Made by a program: the position numbers and the translations under genes. Below the pieces are notes generated by a model. The model was not told where the DNA came from, did not search any database, and worked only from the letters and a program-made list of their open reading frames with translations. Positions 15,001-30,000 of a stretch of 64,000 nt of DNA are shown one piece after another (positions within the stretch are counted from its first letter, which is position 1; each line of letters begins with the position of its first letter). The stretch comes from Eledone cirrhosa (lineage: Eukaryota), in the NCBI GenBank assembly GCA_964016885.1, contig OZ024741.1:389236001-389300000 (forward strand), read 5' to 3'.

Positions 15001-18000
15001 TGACGGACAGACAGACAGTGCTCTTATTATATAGACTAGACGAGGGCGACGGACAGACAGACAGTGCTTTTATTATATAGACTAGACGAGGGCGACGGAC
15101 AGACAGACAGTGCTTTTATTATATAGACTAGACGAGGCTCACGGACAGACGGACAGTGCTCTGATTATATAGACTAGACGAGGGCGACGGACAGACAGAC
15201 AGTGCTCTTATTATATAGACTAGACGAGGCCGACGGACAGACAGACAGTGCTCTTATTATATAGACTAGACGAGGGCGACGTACAGACAGAGAGTGCTTT
15301 TATTATATAGACTAGACGAGGGCGACGGACAGACAGACAGTGCTCTTATTATATAGACTAGACGAGGGCGACAGACAGACAGTGCTCTTATTATATAGAC
15401 TAGAGGAGGGCGACAGACAGACAGACAGTGCTCTTATTATATAGACTAGACGAGGCCGACGGACAGACAGACAGTGCTCTTATTATATAGACTAGACGAG
15501 GGCGACGTACATACAGACAGTGCTTTTATTATATAGACTAGACGAGGCTGACGGACAGACAGACAGTGCTCTTATTATATAGACTAGACGAGGGCGACAG
15601 ACAGACAGACAGTGCTCTTATTATATAGACTAGACGAGGCCGACGGACAGACAGACAGTGCTTTTATTATATAGACTAGACGAGGGCGACAGACAGACAG
15701 ACAATGCTCTTATTATATAGACTAGACGAGGGCGACGGACAGACAGACAGTGCTCTTATTATATAGACTAGACGAGGCTGACGGACAGAGAGACAGTGCT
15801 TTTATTATATAGACTAGACGAGGGCGACGGACAGACAGACAGTGCTCTTATTATATAGACTAGACGAGGGCCACGGACAGACAGACAGTGCTCTTATTAT
15901 ATAGACTAGACGAGGGCGACGGACAGACAGACAGTGCTCTTATTATATAGACTAGACGAGGGCGACGGACAGACAGACAGTGCTCTTATTATATAGACTA
16001 GACGAGGCCGAAGGACAGACAGACAGTGCTCTTATTATATAGACTAGACGAGGGCGACGTACAGACAGACAGTGCTTATATTATATAGACTAGACGAGGG
16101 CGACGGACAGACAGACAGTGCTCTTATTATATAGACTAGACGAGGCTGACGGACAGACAGACAGTGCTCTTATTATATCGACTAGACGAGGGCGACGTAC
16201 AGACAGACAGTGCTTTTATTATATAGACTAGACGAGGGCGACGGACAGACAGACAGTGCTTTTATTATATAGACTAGACGAGGGCGACAGACAGACAGAC
16301 AGTGCTCTTATTATATAGACTAGACGAGGGCGACGGACAGACAGACAGTGCTCTTATTATATAGACTAGACAAGGCTGACGGACAGAGAGACAGTGCTTT
16401 TATTATATAGACTAGACGAGGGCGACGGACAGACAGACAGTGCTCTTATTATATAGACTAGACGAGGGCCACGGACAGACAGACAGTGCTCTTATTATAT
16501 AGACTAGACGAGGGCGACGGACAGACAGACAGTGCTCTTATTATATAGACTAGACGAGGGCGACGGACAGACAGACAGTGCTCTTATTATATAGACTAGA
16601 CGAGGCCGAAGGACAGACAGACAGTGCTCTTATTATATAGACTAGACGAGGGCGACGTACAGACAGACAGTGCTTATATTATATAGACTAGACGAGGGCG
16701 ACGGACAGACAGACAGTGCTCTTATTATATAGACTAGACGAGGCTGACGGACAGACAGACAGTGCTCTTATTATATCGACTAGACGAGGGCGACGTACAG
16801 ACAGACAGTGCTTTTATTATATAGACTAGACGAGGGCGACGGACAGACAGACAGTGCTCTTATTATATAGACTAGACGAGGGCGACAGACAGACAGACAA
16901 TGCTCTTATTATATAGACTAGACGAGGGCGACGGACAGACAGACAGTGCTTTTATTATTTAGACTAGACGAGGGCGACAGACAGACAGACAGTGCTCTTA
17001 TTATATAGACTAGACGAGGGCGACGGACAGACAGACAGTGCTCTTATTATATAGACTAGACGAGGCTGACGGACAGAGAGACAGTGCTTTTATTATATAG
17101 ACTAGACGAGGGCGACGGACAGACAGACAGTGCTCTTATTATATAGACTAGACGAGGGCCACGGACAGACAGACAGTGCTCTTATTATATAGACTAGACG
17201 AGGGGGACGGACAGACAGACAGTGCTCTTATTATATAGACTAGACGAGGGCGACGGACAGACAGACAGTGCTCTTATTATATAGACTAGACGAGGCCGAA
17301 GGACAGACAGACAGTGCTCTTATTATATAGACTAGACGAGGGCGACGTACAGACAGACAGTGCTTATATTATATAGACTAGACGAGGGCGACGGACAGAC
17401 AGACAGTGCTCTTATTATATAGACTAGACGAGGCCGACAGACAGACAGACAGACAGTGCTCTTATTATATAGACTAGACGAGGGCGACGGACAGACAGAC
17501 AGTGCTCTTATTATATAGACTAGACTAGGCCGACGGACAGACAGACAGTGCTCTTATTATATAGACTAGACGAGGGCGACAGACAGACAGACAGTGCTCT
17601 TATTATATAGACTAGACGAGGGCGACAGACAGATAGACAGTGCTCTTATTATATAGACTAGACGAGGGCGACAGACAGATAGACAGTGCTCTTATTATAT
17701 AGACTAGACTAGGCCGACAGACAGACAGACAGTGCTCTTATTATATAGACTAGACGAGGGCGACGTACAGACAGACAGTGCTTTTATTATATAGACTAGA
17801 CGAGGGCGACGGACAGACAGACAGTGCTCTTATTATATAGACTAGACGAGGGCGACAGACAGACAGACAGTGCTCTTATTATATAGACTAGACGAGGGCG
17901 ACAGACAGACAGACAGTGCTCTTATTATATAGACTAGACGAGGGCGACGGACAGACAGACAGTGCTCTTATTATATAGACTAGACGAGGTTGACGGACAG

Positions 18001-21000
18001 ACAGACAGTGCTTTTATTATATAGACTAGACGAGGGCGACAGACAGACAGACAGTGCTCTTATTATATAGACTAGACGAGGGCGACAGACAGACAGACAG
18101 TGCTCTTATTATATAGACTAGACGAGGCCGACGGACAGACAGACAGTGCTCTTATTATATAGACTAGACGAGGGCGACAAACAGACAGTGCTCTTATTAT
18201 ATAGACTAGACGAGGGCGACAGACAGACAGACAGTGCTCTTATTATATAGACTAGACGAGGGCGACAGACAAACAGACAGTGCTCTTATTATATAGACTA
18301 GACGAGGGCGACAAACAGACAGACAGTGCTCTTATTATATAGACTAGACGAGGGCGACGGACAGACAGACAGTGCTCTTATTATATAGACTAGACGAGGG
18401 CGACAGACAGACAGACAGTGCTGTTATTATATAGACTAGACGAGGGCGACAGACAGACAGACAGTGCTCTTATTATATAGACTAGCCGAGGGCGACAGAC
18501 AGACAGACAGTGCTCCTATTATATAGACTAGACGAGGGCGACGGACAGACAGACAGTGCTCTTATTATATAGACTAGACGAGGGCGACGGACAGACAGAC
18601 AGTGCTCTTATTATATAGACTAGACGAGGGCGACGGACAGACAGACAGTGCTCTTATTATATAGACTAGACGAGGGCGACGGACAGACAGACAGTGCTCT
18701 TATTATATAGACTAGACGAGGCTGACGGACAGACAGACAGTGCTCTTATTATATAGACTAGACGAGGCCGACGGACAGACAGACAGTGCTTTTATTATAT
18801 AGACTAGACAAGGGCGACGGACAGACAGACAGTGCTTTTATTATATAGACTAGACGAGGCTGACGGACAGACAGACAGTGCTCTTATTATATAGACTAGA
18901 CGAGGGCGACGGACAGACAGACAGTGCTCTTATTATATAGACTAGACGAGGGCAACGGACAGACAGACAGTGCTCTTATTATATAGACTAGACGAGGGTG
19001 ACGGACAGACAGACAGTGCTTTTATTATATAGACTAGACGAGGGCGACGGACAGACAGACAGTGCTTTTATTATATAGACTAGACGAGGCTGACGGACAG
19101 ACAGACAGTGCTCTTATTATATAGACTAGACGAGGGCGACGGACAGACAGACAGTGCTCTTATTATATAGACTAGACGAGGGCGGCGGACAGACAGACAG
19201 TGCTTTTATTATATAGACTAGACGAGGATGACGGACAGACAGACAGTGCTCTTATTATATAGACTAGACGAGGCTGACGGACAGACAAACAGTGCTCTTA
19301 TTATATAGACTAGACGAGTGCGACAGACAGACAGTGCTCTTATTATATAGACTAGAGGAGGGCGACAGACAGACAGACAGTGCTCTTATTATATAGACTA
19401 GACGAGGCCGACGGACAGACAGACAGTGCTCTTATTATATAGACTAGACGAGGGCGACGGACAGACAGACAGTGCTTTTATTATATAGACTAGACGAGGG
19501 CGACGGACAGACAGACAGTGCTCTTATTATATAGACTAGACGAGGGCGACGGACAGACAGACAGTGCTTTTATTATATAGACTAGACGAGGGCGACGGAC
19601 AGACAGACAGTGCTCTTATTATATAGACTAGACGAGGGCGACGGACAGACAGACAGTGCTTTTATTATATAGACTAGACGAGGCTGACGGACAGACAGAC
19701 AGACAGTGCTCTTATTATATAGACTAGACGGGGGCGACGGACAGACAGACAGTGCTCTTATTATATAGACTAGACGAGGGCGACGGACAGACAGACAGTG
19801 CTTTTATTATATAGACTAGACGAGGCTGACGGACAGACAGACAGTGCTCTTATTATATAGACTAGACGAGGGCGACAGACAGACAGACAGTGCTCTTATT
19901 ATATAGACTAGACGAGGGCGACGGACAGACGGACAGTGCTCTTATTATATAGACTAGACGAGGGCGACGGACAGACAGACAGTGCTCTTATTATATAGAC
20001 TAGACGAGGGCGACGGACAGACAGACAGTGCTCTTATTATATAGACTAGACGAGGGCGACGGACAGACAGATAGTGCTTTTATTATATAGACTAGACGAG
20101 GGCGACGGACAGACAGACAGTGCTTTTATTATATAGACTAGACGAGGATGACGGACAGACAGACAGTGCTCTTATTATATAGACTAGACGAGGCTGACGG
20201 ACAGACAGACAGTGCTCTTATTATATAGACTAGACGAGGGCGACGGACAGACAGACAGTGCTTTTATTATATAGACTAGACGAGGGCGACGGACAGACAG
20301 ACAGTGCTTTTATTATATAGACTAGACGAGGCTGACGGACAGACAGACAGTGCTCTTATTATATAGACTAGACGAGGGCGACGGACAGACAGACAGTGCT
20401 CTTATTATATAGACTAGACGAGGGCGACGGACAGACGGACAGTGCTCTTATTATATAGACTAGACGAGGGCGACGGACAGACAGACAGTGCTCTTATTAT
20501 ATAGACTAGACGAGGGCGACGGACAGACAGACAGTGCTCTTATTATATAGACTAGACGAGGGCGACGGACAGACAGATAGTGCTTTTATTATATAGACTA
20601 GACGAGGGCGACGGACAGACAGACAGTGCTTTTATTATATAGACAAGACGAGGCTGACGGACAGACAGACAGTGCTCTTATTATATAGACTAGACGAGGC
20701 TGACGGACAGACAGACAGTGCTCTTATTATATAGACTAGACGAGGGCGACGGACAGACAGACAGTGCTTTTATTATATAGACTAGACGAGGGCGACGGAC
20801 AGACAGACAGTGCTCTTATTATATAGACTAGACGAGGCCGACGGACAGACAGACAGTGCTTTTATTATATAGACTAGACGAGGGCGACGGACAGACAGAC
20901 AGTGCTCTTATTATATAGACTAGACGAGGGCGACGGACAGACAGACAGTGCTTTTATTATATAGACTAGACGAGGGCGACGTACAGACAGACAGTGCTTT

Positions 21001-24000
21001 TATTATATAGACTAGACGAGGGCGACGGACAGACAGACAGTGCTCTTATTATATAGACAAGACGAGGCTGACGGACAGACAGACAGTGCTCTTATTATAT
21101 AGACTAGACGAGGGCGACGGACAGACAGACAGACAGTGCTCTTATTATATAGACTAGACGAGGCTGACGGAAAGACAGACAGTGCTCTTATTGTATAGAC
21201 TAGACGAGGGCGACGGACAGACAGACAGTGCTCTTATTATATAGACTAGACGAGGGTGACGGACAGACAGACAGTGCTTTTATTATATAGACTAGACGAG
21301 GGCGACGGACAGACAGACAGACAGTGCTCTTATTATATAGACTAGACGAGGGCGACGGACAGACAGACAGTGCTCTTATTATATAGACTAGACGAGGCCG
21401 ACGGACAGACAGACACTGCTCGTATTATATAGACTAGACGAGGCTGACGGACAGACAGACAGTGCTCTTATTATATAGACTAGACGAGGCTGACGGACAG
21501 ACAGACAGTTCTCTTATTATATAGACTAGACGAGGGCGATGGACAGACAGACAGACAGTGCTCTTATTATATAGACTAGACGAGGCTGACGGACAGACAG
21601 ACAGTGCTCTTATTATATAGACTAGACGAGGGCGACGGACAGACAGACAGTGCTCTTATTATATAGACTAGACGAGGCTGATGGACAGACAGACAGTGCT
21701 CTTATTATATAGACTAGACGAGGCTGACGGACAGACAGACAGTGCTCTTATTATATAGACTAGACGAGGGCGACGGACAGACAGACAGTGCTCTTATTAT
21801 ATAGACTAGACGAGGCTGACGGACAGACAGACAGTGCTCTTATTATATAGACTAGACGAGGCTGACGGACAGATAGACAGTGCTCTTATTATATAGACTA
21901 GACGAGGCTGACGGACAGACAGACAGTGCTCTTATTATATAGACTAGACGAGGGCGACGGACAGACAGACAGTGCTCTTATTATATAGACTAGACGAGGC
22001 TGACGGACAGACAGACAGTGCTCTTATTATATAGACTAGACGAGGCTGACGGACAGACAGACAGTGCTCTTATTATATAGACTAGACGAGGGCGACGGAC
22101 AGACAGACAGTGCTTTTATTATATAGACTAGACGAGGGCGACGGACAGACAGACAGTGCTTTTATTATATAGACTAGACGAGGGCGACGTACAGACAGAC
22201 AGTGCTTTTATTATATAGACTGGACGAGGGCGACGGACAGACAGACAGTGCTCTCATTATATAGACAAGACGAGGCTGGCGGACAGACAGACAGTGCTCT
22301 TATTATATAGACTAGACGAGGCCGACGGACAGACAGACAGTGCTCTTATTATATAGACTAGACGAGGCCGACGGACAGACAGACAGTGCTCTTATTATAT
22401 AGACTAGACGAGGCCGACGGACAGACAGACAGTGCTCTTATTATATAGACTAGACGAGGCCGACGGACAGACAGACAGTGCTCTTATTATATAGACTAGA
22501 CGAGGCCGACGGACAGACAGACAGTGCTCTTATTATATAGACTAGACGTGGCTGACGGATAGACAGACAGTGCTCTTATTATATAGACTAGACGAGGGCG
22601 ACGGACAGACAGACAGTGCTCTTATTATATAGACTAGACGAGGCTGACGGACAGACAGACAGTGCTCTTATTATATAGACTAGACGAGGCCGACGGACAG
22701 ACAGACAGTGCTCTTATTATATAGACTAGACGAGGGCGACGTACAGACAGAGAGTGCTTTTATTATATAGACTAGACGAGGGCGACGGACAGACAGACAG
22801 TGCTCTTATTATATAGACTAGACGAGGGCGACAGACAGACAGTGCTCTTATTATATAGACTAGAGGAGGGCGACAGACAGACAGTGCTCTTATTATATAG
22901 ACTAGACGAGGCCGACGGACAGACAGACAGTGCTCTTATTATATAGACTAGACGAGGGCGACGTACAGACAGACAGTGCTTTTATTATATAGACTAGACG
23001 AGGGCGACGGACAGACAGACAGTGCTCTTATTATATAGACTAGACGAGGGCGACGGACAGACAGACAGTGCTCTTATTATATAGACTAGACGAGGGCGAC
23101 GGACAGACAGACAGTGCTCTTATTATATAGACTAGACGAGGGCGACGGACAGACAGACAGTGCTCTTATTATATAGACTAGACGAGGGCGACGGACAGAC
23201 AGACAGTGCTCTTATTATATAGACTAGACGAGGTCGACGGACAGACAGACAGTGCTCTTATTATATAGACTAGACGAGGCCGAAGGACAGACAGACAGTG
23301 CTCTTATTATATAGACTAGACGAGGGCGACGTACAGACAGACAGTGCTTATATTATATAGACTAGACGAGGGCGACGGACAGACAGACAGTGCTCTTATT
23401 ATATAGACTAGACGAGGCTGACGGAGAGACAGACAGTGCTCTTATTATATCGACTAGACGAGGGCGACGTACAGACAGACAGTGCTTTTATTATATAGAC
23501 TAGACGAGGGCGACGGACAGACAGACAGTGCTCTTATTATATAGACTAGACGAGGGCGACAGACAGACAGACAGTGCTCTTATTATATAGACTAGATGAG
23601 GGCGACAGACAGACAGACAGTGCTCTTATTATATAGACTAGACGAGGGCGACAGACAGACAGACAGTGCTCTTATTATATAGACTAGACGAGGCCGACAG
23701 ACAGACAGACAGACAGTGCTCTTATTATATAGACTAGACGAGGGCGACGTACAGACAGACAGTGCTTTTATTATATAGACTAGACGAGGGCGACGGACAG
23801 ACAGACAGTGCTCTTATTATATAGAGTAGACGAGGGCGACGGATAGACAGACAGTGCTTTTATTATAGAGACTAGACGAGGGCGACGGACAGACAGACAG
23901 TGCTCTTATTATATAGACTAGACGAGGGGGACGGACAGACAGACAGTGCTTTTATTATATAGACTAGACGAGGGCGACGGACAGACAGACAGTGCTTTTA

Positions 24001-27000
24001 TTATATAGACTAGACGAGGCTGACGGACAGACGGACAGTGCTCTTATTATATAGACTAGACGAGGGCGACGGACAGACAGACAGTGCTCTTATTATATAG
24101 ACTAGACGAGGGCGACGGACAGACGGACAGTGCTCTTATTATATAGACTAGACGAGGGCGACGGACAGACAGACAGTGCTCTTATTATATAGACTAGACG
24201 AGGGCGACGGACAGACAGACAGTGCTCTTATTATATAGACTAGACGAGGGCGACGGACAGACAGACAGTGCTCTTATTATATAGACTAGACGAGGGCGAC
24301 GGACAGACAGATAGTGCTTTTATTATATAGACTAGACGAGGGCGACGGACAGACAGACAGTGCTTTTATTATATAGACTAGACGAGGATGACGGACAGAC
24401 AGACAGTGCTCTTATTATATAGACTAGACGAGGCTGACCGACAGACAGACAGTGCTCTTATTATATAGACTAGACGAGGGCGACGGACAGACAGACAGTG
24501 CTTTTATTATATAGACTAGACGAGGGCGACGGACAGACAGACAGTGCTCTTATTATATAGACTAGACGAGGCCGACGGACAGACAGACAGTGCTTTTATT
24601 ATATAGACTAGACGAGGGCGACGGACAGACAGACAGTGCTCTTATTATATAGACTAGACGAGGGCAACGGACAGACAGAGCTCTTATTATATAGACTAGA
24701 CGAGGGCGACGGACAGACAGACAGTGCTTTTATTATATAGACTAGACGAGGCTGACGGACAGACAGACAGTGCTCTTATTATATAGACTAGACGAGGGCA
24801 ACGGACAGACAGTGCTCTTATTATATAGACTAGACGAGGGCGACGGACAGACAGACAGTGCTTTTATTATATAGACTAGACGAGGCTGACGGACAGACAG
24901 ACAGTGCTCTTATTATATAGACTAGACGAGGGCGACGGACAGACAGACAGTGCTTTTATTATATAGACTAGACGAGGGCGACGGACAGACAGACAGTGCT
25001 TTTATTATATAGACTAGACGAGGCTCACGGACAGACGGACAGTGCTCTTATTATATAGACTAGACGAGGGCGACGGACAGACAGACAGTGCTCTTATTAT
25101 ATAGACTAGACGAGGCCGACGGACAGACAGACAGTGCTCTTATTATATAGACTAGACGAGGGCGACGTACAGACAGAGAGTGCTTTTATTATATAGACTA
25201 GACGAGGGCGACGGACAGACAGACAGTGCTCTTATTATATAGACTAGACGAGGGCGACAGACAGACAGTGCTCTTATTATATAGACTAGAGGAGGGCGAC
25301 AGACAGACAGACAGTGCTCTTATTATATAGACTAGACGAGGCCGACGGACAGACAGACAGTGCTCTTATTATATAGACTAGACGAGGGCGACGTACATAC
25401 AGACAGTGCTTTTATTATATAGACTAGACGAGGGCGACGGACAGACAGACAGTGCTCTTATTATATAGACTAGACGAGGGCGACAGACAGACAGACAGTG
25501 CTCTTATTATATAGACTAGACGAGGCCGACGGACAGACAGACAGTGCTTTTATTATATAGACTAGACGAGGGCGACAGACAGACAGACAATGCTCTTATT
25601 ATATAGACTAGACGAGGGCGACGGACAGACAGACAGTGCTCTTATTATATAGACTAGACGAGGCTGACGGACAGAGAGACAGTGCTTTTATTATATAGAC
25701 TAGACGAGGGCGACGGACAGACAGACAGTGCTCTTATTATATAGACTAGACGAGGGCCACGGACAGACAGACAGTGCTCTTATTATATAGACTAGACGAG
25801 GGCGACGGACAGACAGACAGTGCTCTTATTATATAGACTAGACGAGGGCGACGGACAGACAGACAGTGCTCTTATTATATAGACTAGACGAGGCCGAAGG
25901 ACAGACAGACAGTGCTCTTATTATATAGACTAGACGAGGGCGACGTACAGACAGACAGTGCTTATATTATATAGACTAGACGAGGGCGACGGACAGACAG
26001 ACAGTGCTCTTATTATATAGACTAGACGAGGCTGACGGACAGACAGACAGTGCTCTTATTATATCGACTAGACGAGGGCGACGTACAGACAGACAGTGCT
26101 TTTATTATATAGACTAGACGAGGGCGACGGACAGACAGACAGTGCTTTTATTATATAGACTAGACGAGGGCGACAGACAGACAGACAGTGCTCTTACTAT
26201 ATAGACTAGACGAGGGCGACGGACAGACAGACAGTGCTCTTATTATATAGACTAGACAAGGCTGACGGACAGAGAGACAGTGCTTTTATTATATAGACTA
26301 GACGAGGGCGACGGACAGACAGACAGTGCTCTTATTATATAGACTAGACGAGGGCCACGGACAGACAGACAGTGCTCTTATTATATAGACTAGACGAGGG
26401 CGACGGACAGACAGACAGTGCTCTTATTATATAGACTAGACGAGGGCGACGGACAGACAGACAGTGCTCTTATTATATAGACTAGACGAGGCCGAAGGAC
26501 AGACAGACAGTGCTCTTATTATATAGACTAGACGAGGGCGACGTACAGACAGACAGTGCTTATATTATATAGACTAGACGAGGGCGACGGACAGACAGAC
26601 AGTGCTCTTATTATATAGACTAGACGAGGCTGACGGACAGACAGACAGTGCTCTTATTATATCGACTAGACGAGGGCGACGTACAGACAGACAGTGCTTT
26701 TATTATATAGACTAGACGAGGGCGACGGACAGACAGACAGTGCTCTTATTATATAGACTAGACGAGGGCGACAGACAGACAGACAGTGCTCTTATTATAT
26801 AGACTAGACGAGGGCGACAGACAGACAGACAGTGCTCTTATTATATAGACTAGACGAGGGCGACGGACAGACAGACAGTGCTCTTATTATATAGACTAGA
26901 CGAGGTTGAGGGACAGACAGACAGTGCTTTTATTATATAGACTAGACGAGGGCGACAGACAGACAGACAGTGCTCTTATTATATAGACTAGACGAGGGCG

Positions 27001-30000
27001 ACAGACAGACAGACAGTGCTCTTATTATATAGACTAGACGAGGCCGACGGACAGACAGACAGTGCTCTTATTATATAGACTAGACGAGGGCGACAGACAG
27101 ACAGTGCTCTTATTATATAGACTAGACGAGGGCGACAGACGGACAGACAGTGCTCTTATTATATAGACTAGACGAGGGCGACAGACAAACAGACAGTGCT
27201 CTTATTATATAGACTAGACGAGGGCGACAGACAGAGAGACAGTGCTCTTATTATATAGACTAGACGAGGGCGACAGACAGACAGTGCTCTTATTATATAG
27301 ACTAGACGAGGGCGACGTACAGACAGACAGTGCTTTTATTATATAGACTAGACGAGGGCGACGGACAGACAGACAGTGCTCTTATTATATAGACTAGACG
27401 AGGGCGACAGACAGACAGACAGTGCTCTTATTATATAGACTAGACGAGGGCGACAGACAGACAGACAGTGCTCTTATTATATAGACTAGACGAGGGCGAC
27501 GGACAGACAGACAGTGCTCTTATTATATAGACTAGACGAGGTTGGGGGACAGACAGACAGTGCTTTTATTATATAGACTAGACGAGGGCGACAGACAGAC
27601 AGACAGTGCTCTTATTATATAGACTAGACGAGGGCGACAGACAGACAGACAGTGCTCTTATTATATAGACTAGACGAGGCCGACGGACAGACAGACAGTG
27701 CTCTTATTATATAGACTAGACGAGGGCGACAGACAGACAGTGCTCTTATTATATAGACTAGACGAGGTTGAGGGACAGACAGTGCTCTTATTATATAGAC
27801 TAGACGAGGGCGACAGACAAACAGACAGTGCTCTTATTATATAGACTAGACGAGGGCGACAGACAGAGAGACAGTGCTCTTATTATATAGACTAGACGAG
27901 GGCGACGGACAGACAGACAGTGCTCTTATTATATAGACTAGACGAGGGCGACAGACAGACAGACAGTGCTCTTATTATATAGACTAGACGAGGGCGACAG
28001 ACAGACAGACAGTGCTCTTATTATATAGACTAGACGAGGGCGACAGACAGACAGACAGTGCTCCTATTATATAGACTAGACGAGGGCGACGGACAGACAG
28101 ACAGTGCTTTTATTATATAGATTAGACGAGGGCGACGGACAGACAGACAGTGCTCTTATTATATAGACTAGACGAGGGCTACGGACAGACAGACAGTTCT
28201 CTTATTATATAGACTAGATGAGGGCGACGGACAGACAGACAGTGCTCTTATTATATAGACTAGACGAGGCTGACGGACAGACAGACAGTGCTCTTATTAT
28301 ACAGACTAGACGAGGCCGACGGACAGACAGACAGTGCTTTTATTATATAGACTAGAAAAGGGCGACGGACAGACAGACAGTGCTTTTATTATATAGACTA
28401 GACGAGGCTGACGGACAGACAGACAGTGCTCTTATTATATAGACTAGACGAGGGCGACGGACAGACAGGCAGTGCTCTTATTATATAGACTAGACGAGGG
28501 CAACGGACAGACAGACAGTGCTCTTATTATATAGACTAGACGAGGGCGACGGACAGACAGACAGTGCTTTTATTATATAGACTAGACGAGGGCGACGGAC
28601 AGACAGACAGTGCTTTTATTATATAGACTAGACGATGCTGACGGACAGACAGACAGTGCTCTTATTATATAGACTAGACGAGGGCGACGGACAGACAGAC
28701 AGTGCTCTTATTATATAGACTAGACGAGGGCGACGGACAGACAGACAGTGCTCTTATTATATAGACTAGACGAGGGCGACGGACAGACAGATAGTGCTTT
28801 TATTATATAGACTAGACGAGGGCGACGGACAGACAGACAGTGCTTTTATTATATAGACTAGACGAGGATGACGGACAGACAGACAGTGCTCTTATTATAT
28901 AGACTAGACGAGGCTGACGGACAGACAGACAGTGCTCTTATTATATAGACTTGACGAGGGCGACGGACAGACAGACAGTGCTATAATTATATAGACTAGA
29001 CGAGGGCGACGGACAGACAGACAGTGCTCTTATTATATAGACTAGACGAGGGCGACGGACAGACAGACAGTGCTTTTATTATATAGACTAGACGAGGACG
29101 ACGGACAGACAGACAGTGCTCTTATTATATAGACTAGACGAGGGCGACGCACAGACAGACAGTGCTTTTATTATATAGACTAGACGAGGCTGACGGACAG
29201 ACAGACAGTGCTCTTATTATATAGACTAGACGGGGGCGACGGACAGACAGACAGTGCTTTTATTATATAGACTAGACGAGGGAGACGGACAGACAGACAG
29301 TGCTTTTATTATATAGACTAGACGAGGCTGACGGACAGACGGACAGTGCTCTTATTATATAGACTAGACGAGGGCGACGGACAGACAGACAGTGCTCTTA
29401 TTATATAGACTAGACGAGGGCCACGGACAGACAGACAGTGCTCTTATTATATAGACTAGACGAGGGCGACGGACAGACAGACAGTGCTTTTATTATATAG
29501 ACTAGACGAGGGCGACGGACAGACAGACAGTGCTTTTATTATATAGACTAGACGAGGATGACGGACAGACAGACAGTGCTCTTATTATATAGACTAGACG
29601 AGGCTGACGGACAGACAGACAGTGCTCTTATTATATAGACTAGACGAGGGCGACGGACAGACAGACAGTGCTTTTATTATATAGACTAGACGAGGGCGAC
29701 GGACAGACAGACAGTGCTCTTATTATATAGACTAGACGAGGGCGACGGACAGACAGACAATTCTCTTATTATATAGACTAGACGAGGGCGACGGACAGAC
29801 AGACAGTGCTCTTATTATATAGACTAGACGAGGGCGACGGACAGACAGATAGTGCTTTTATTATATAGACTAGACGAGGGCGACGGACAGACAGACAGTG
29901 CTTTTATTATATAGACTAGACGAGCATGACGGACAGACAATGCTCTTATTATATAGACTAGACGAGGCTGACGGACAGACAGACAGTGCTCTTATTACAT

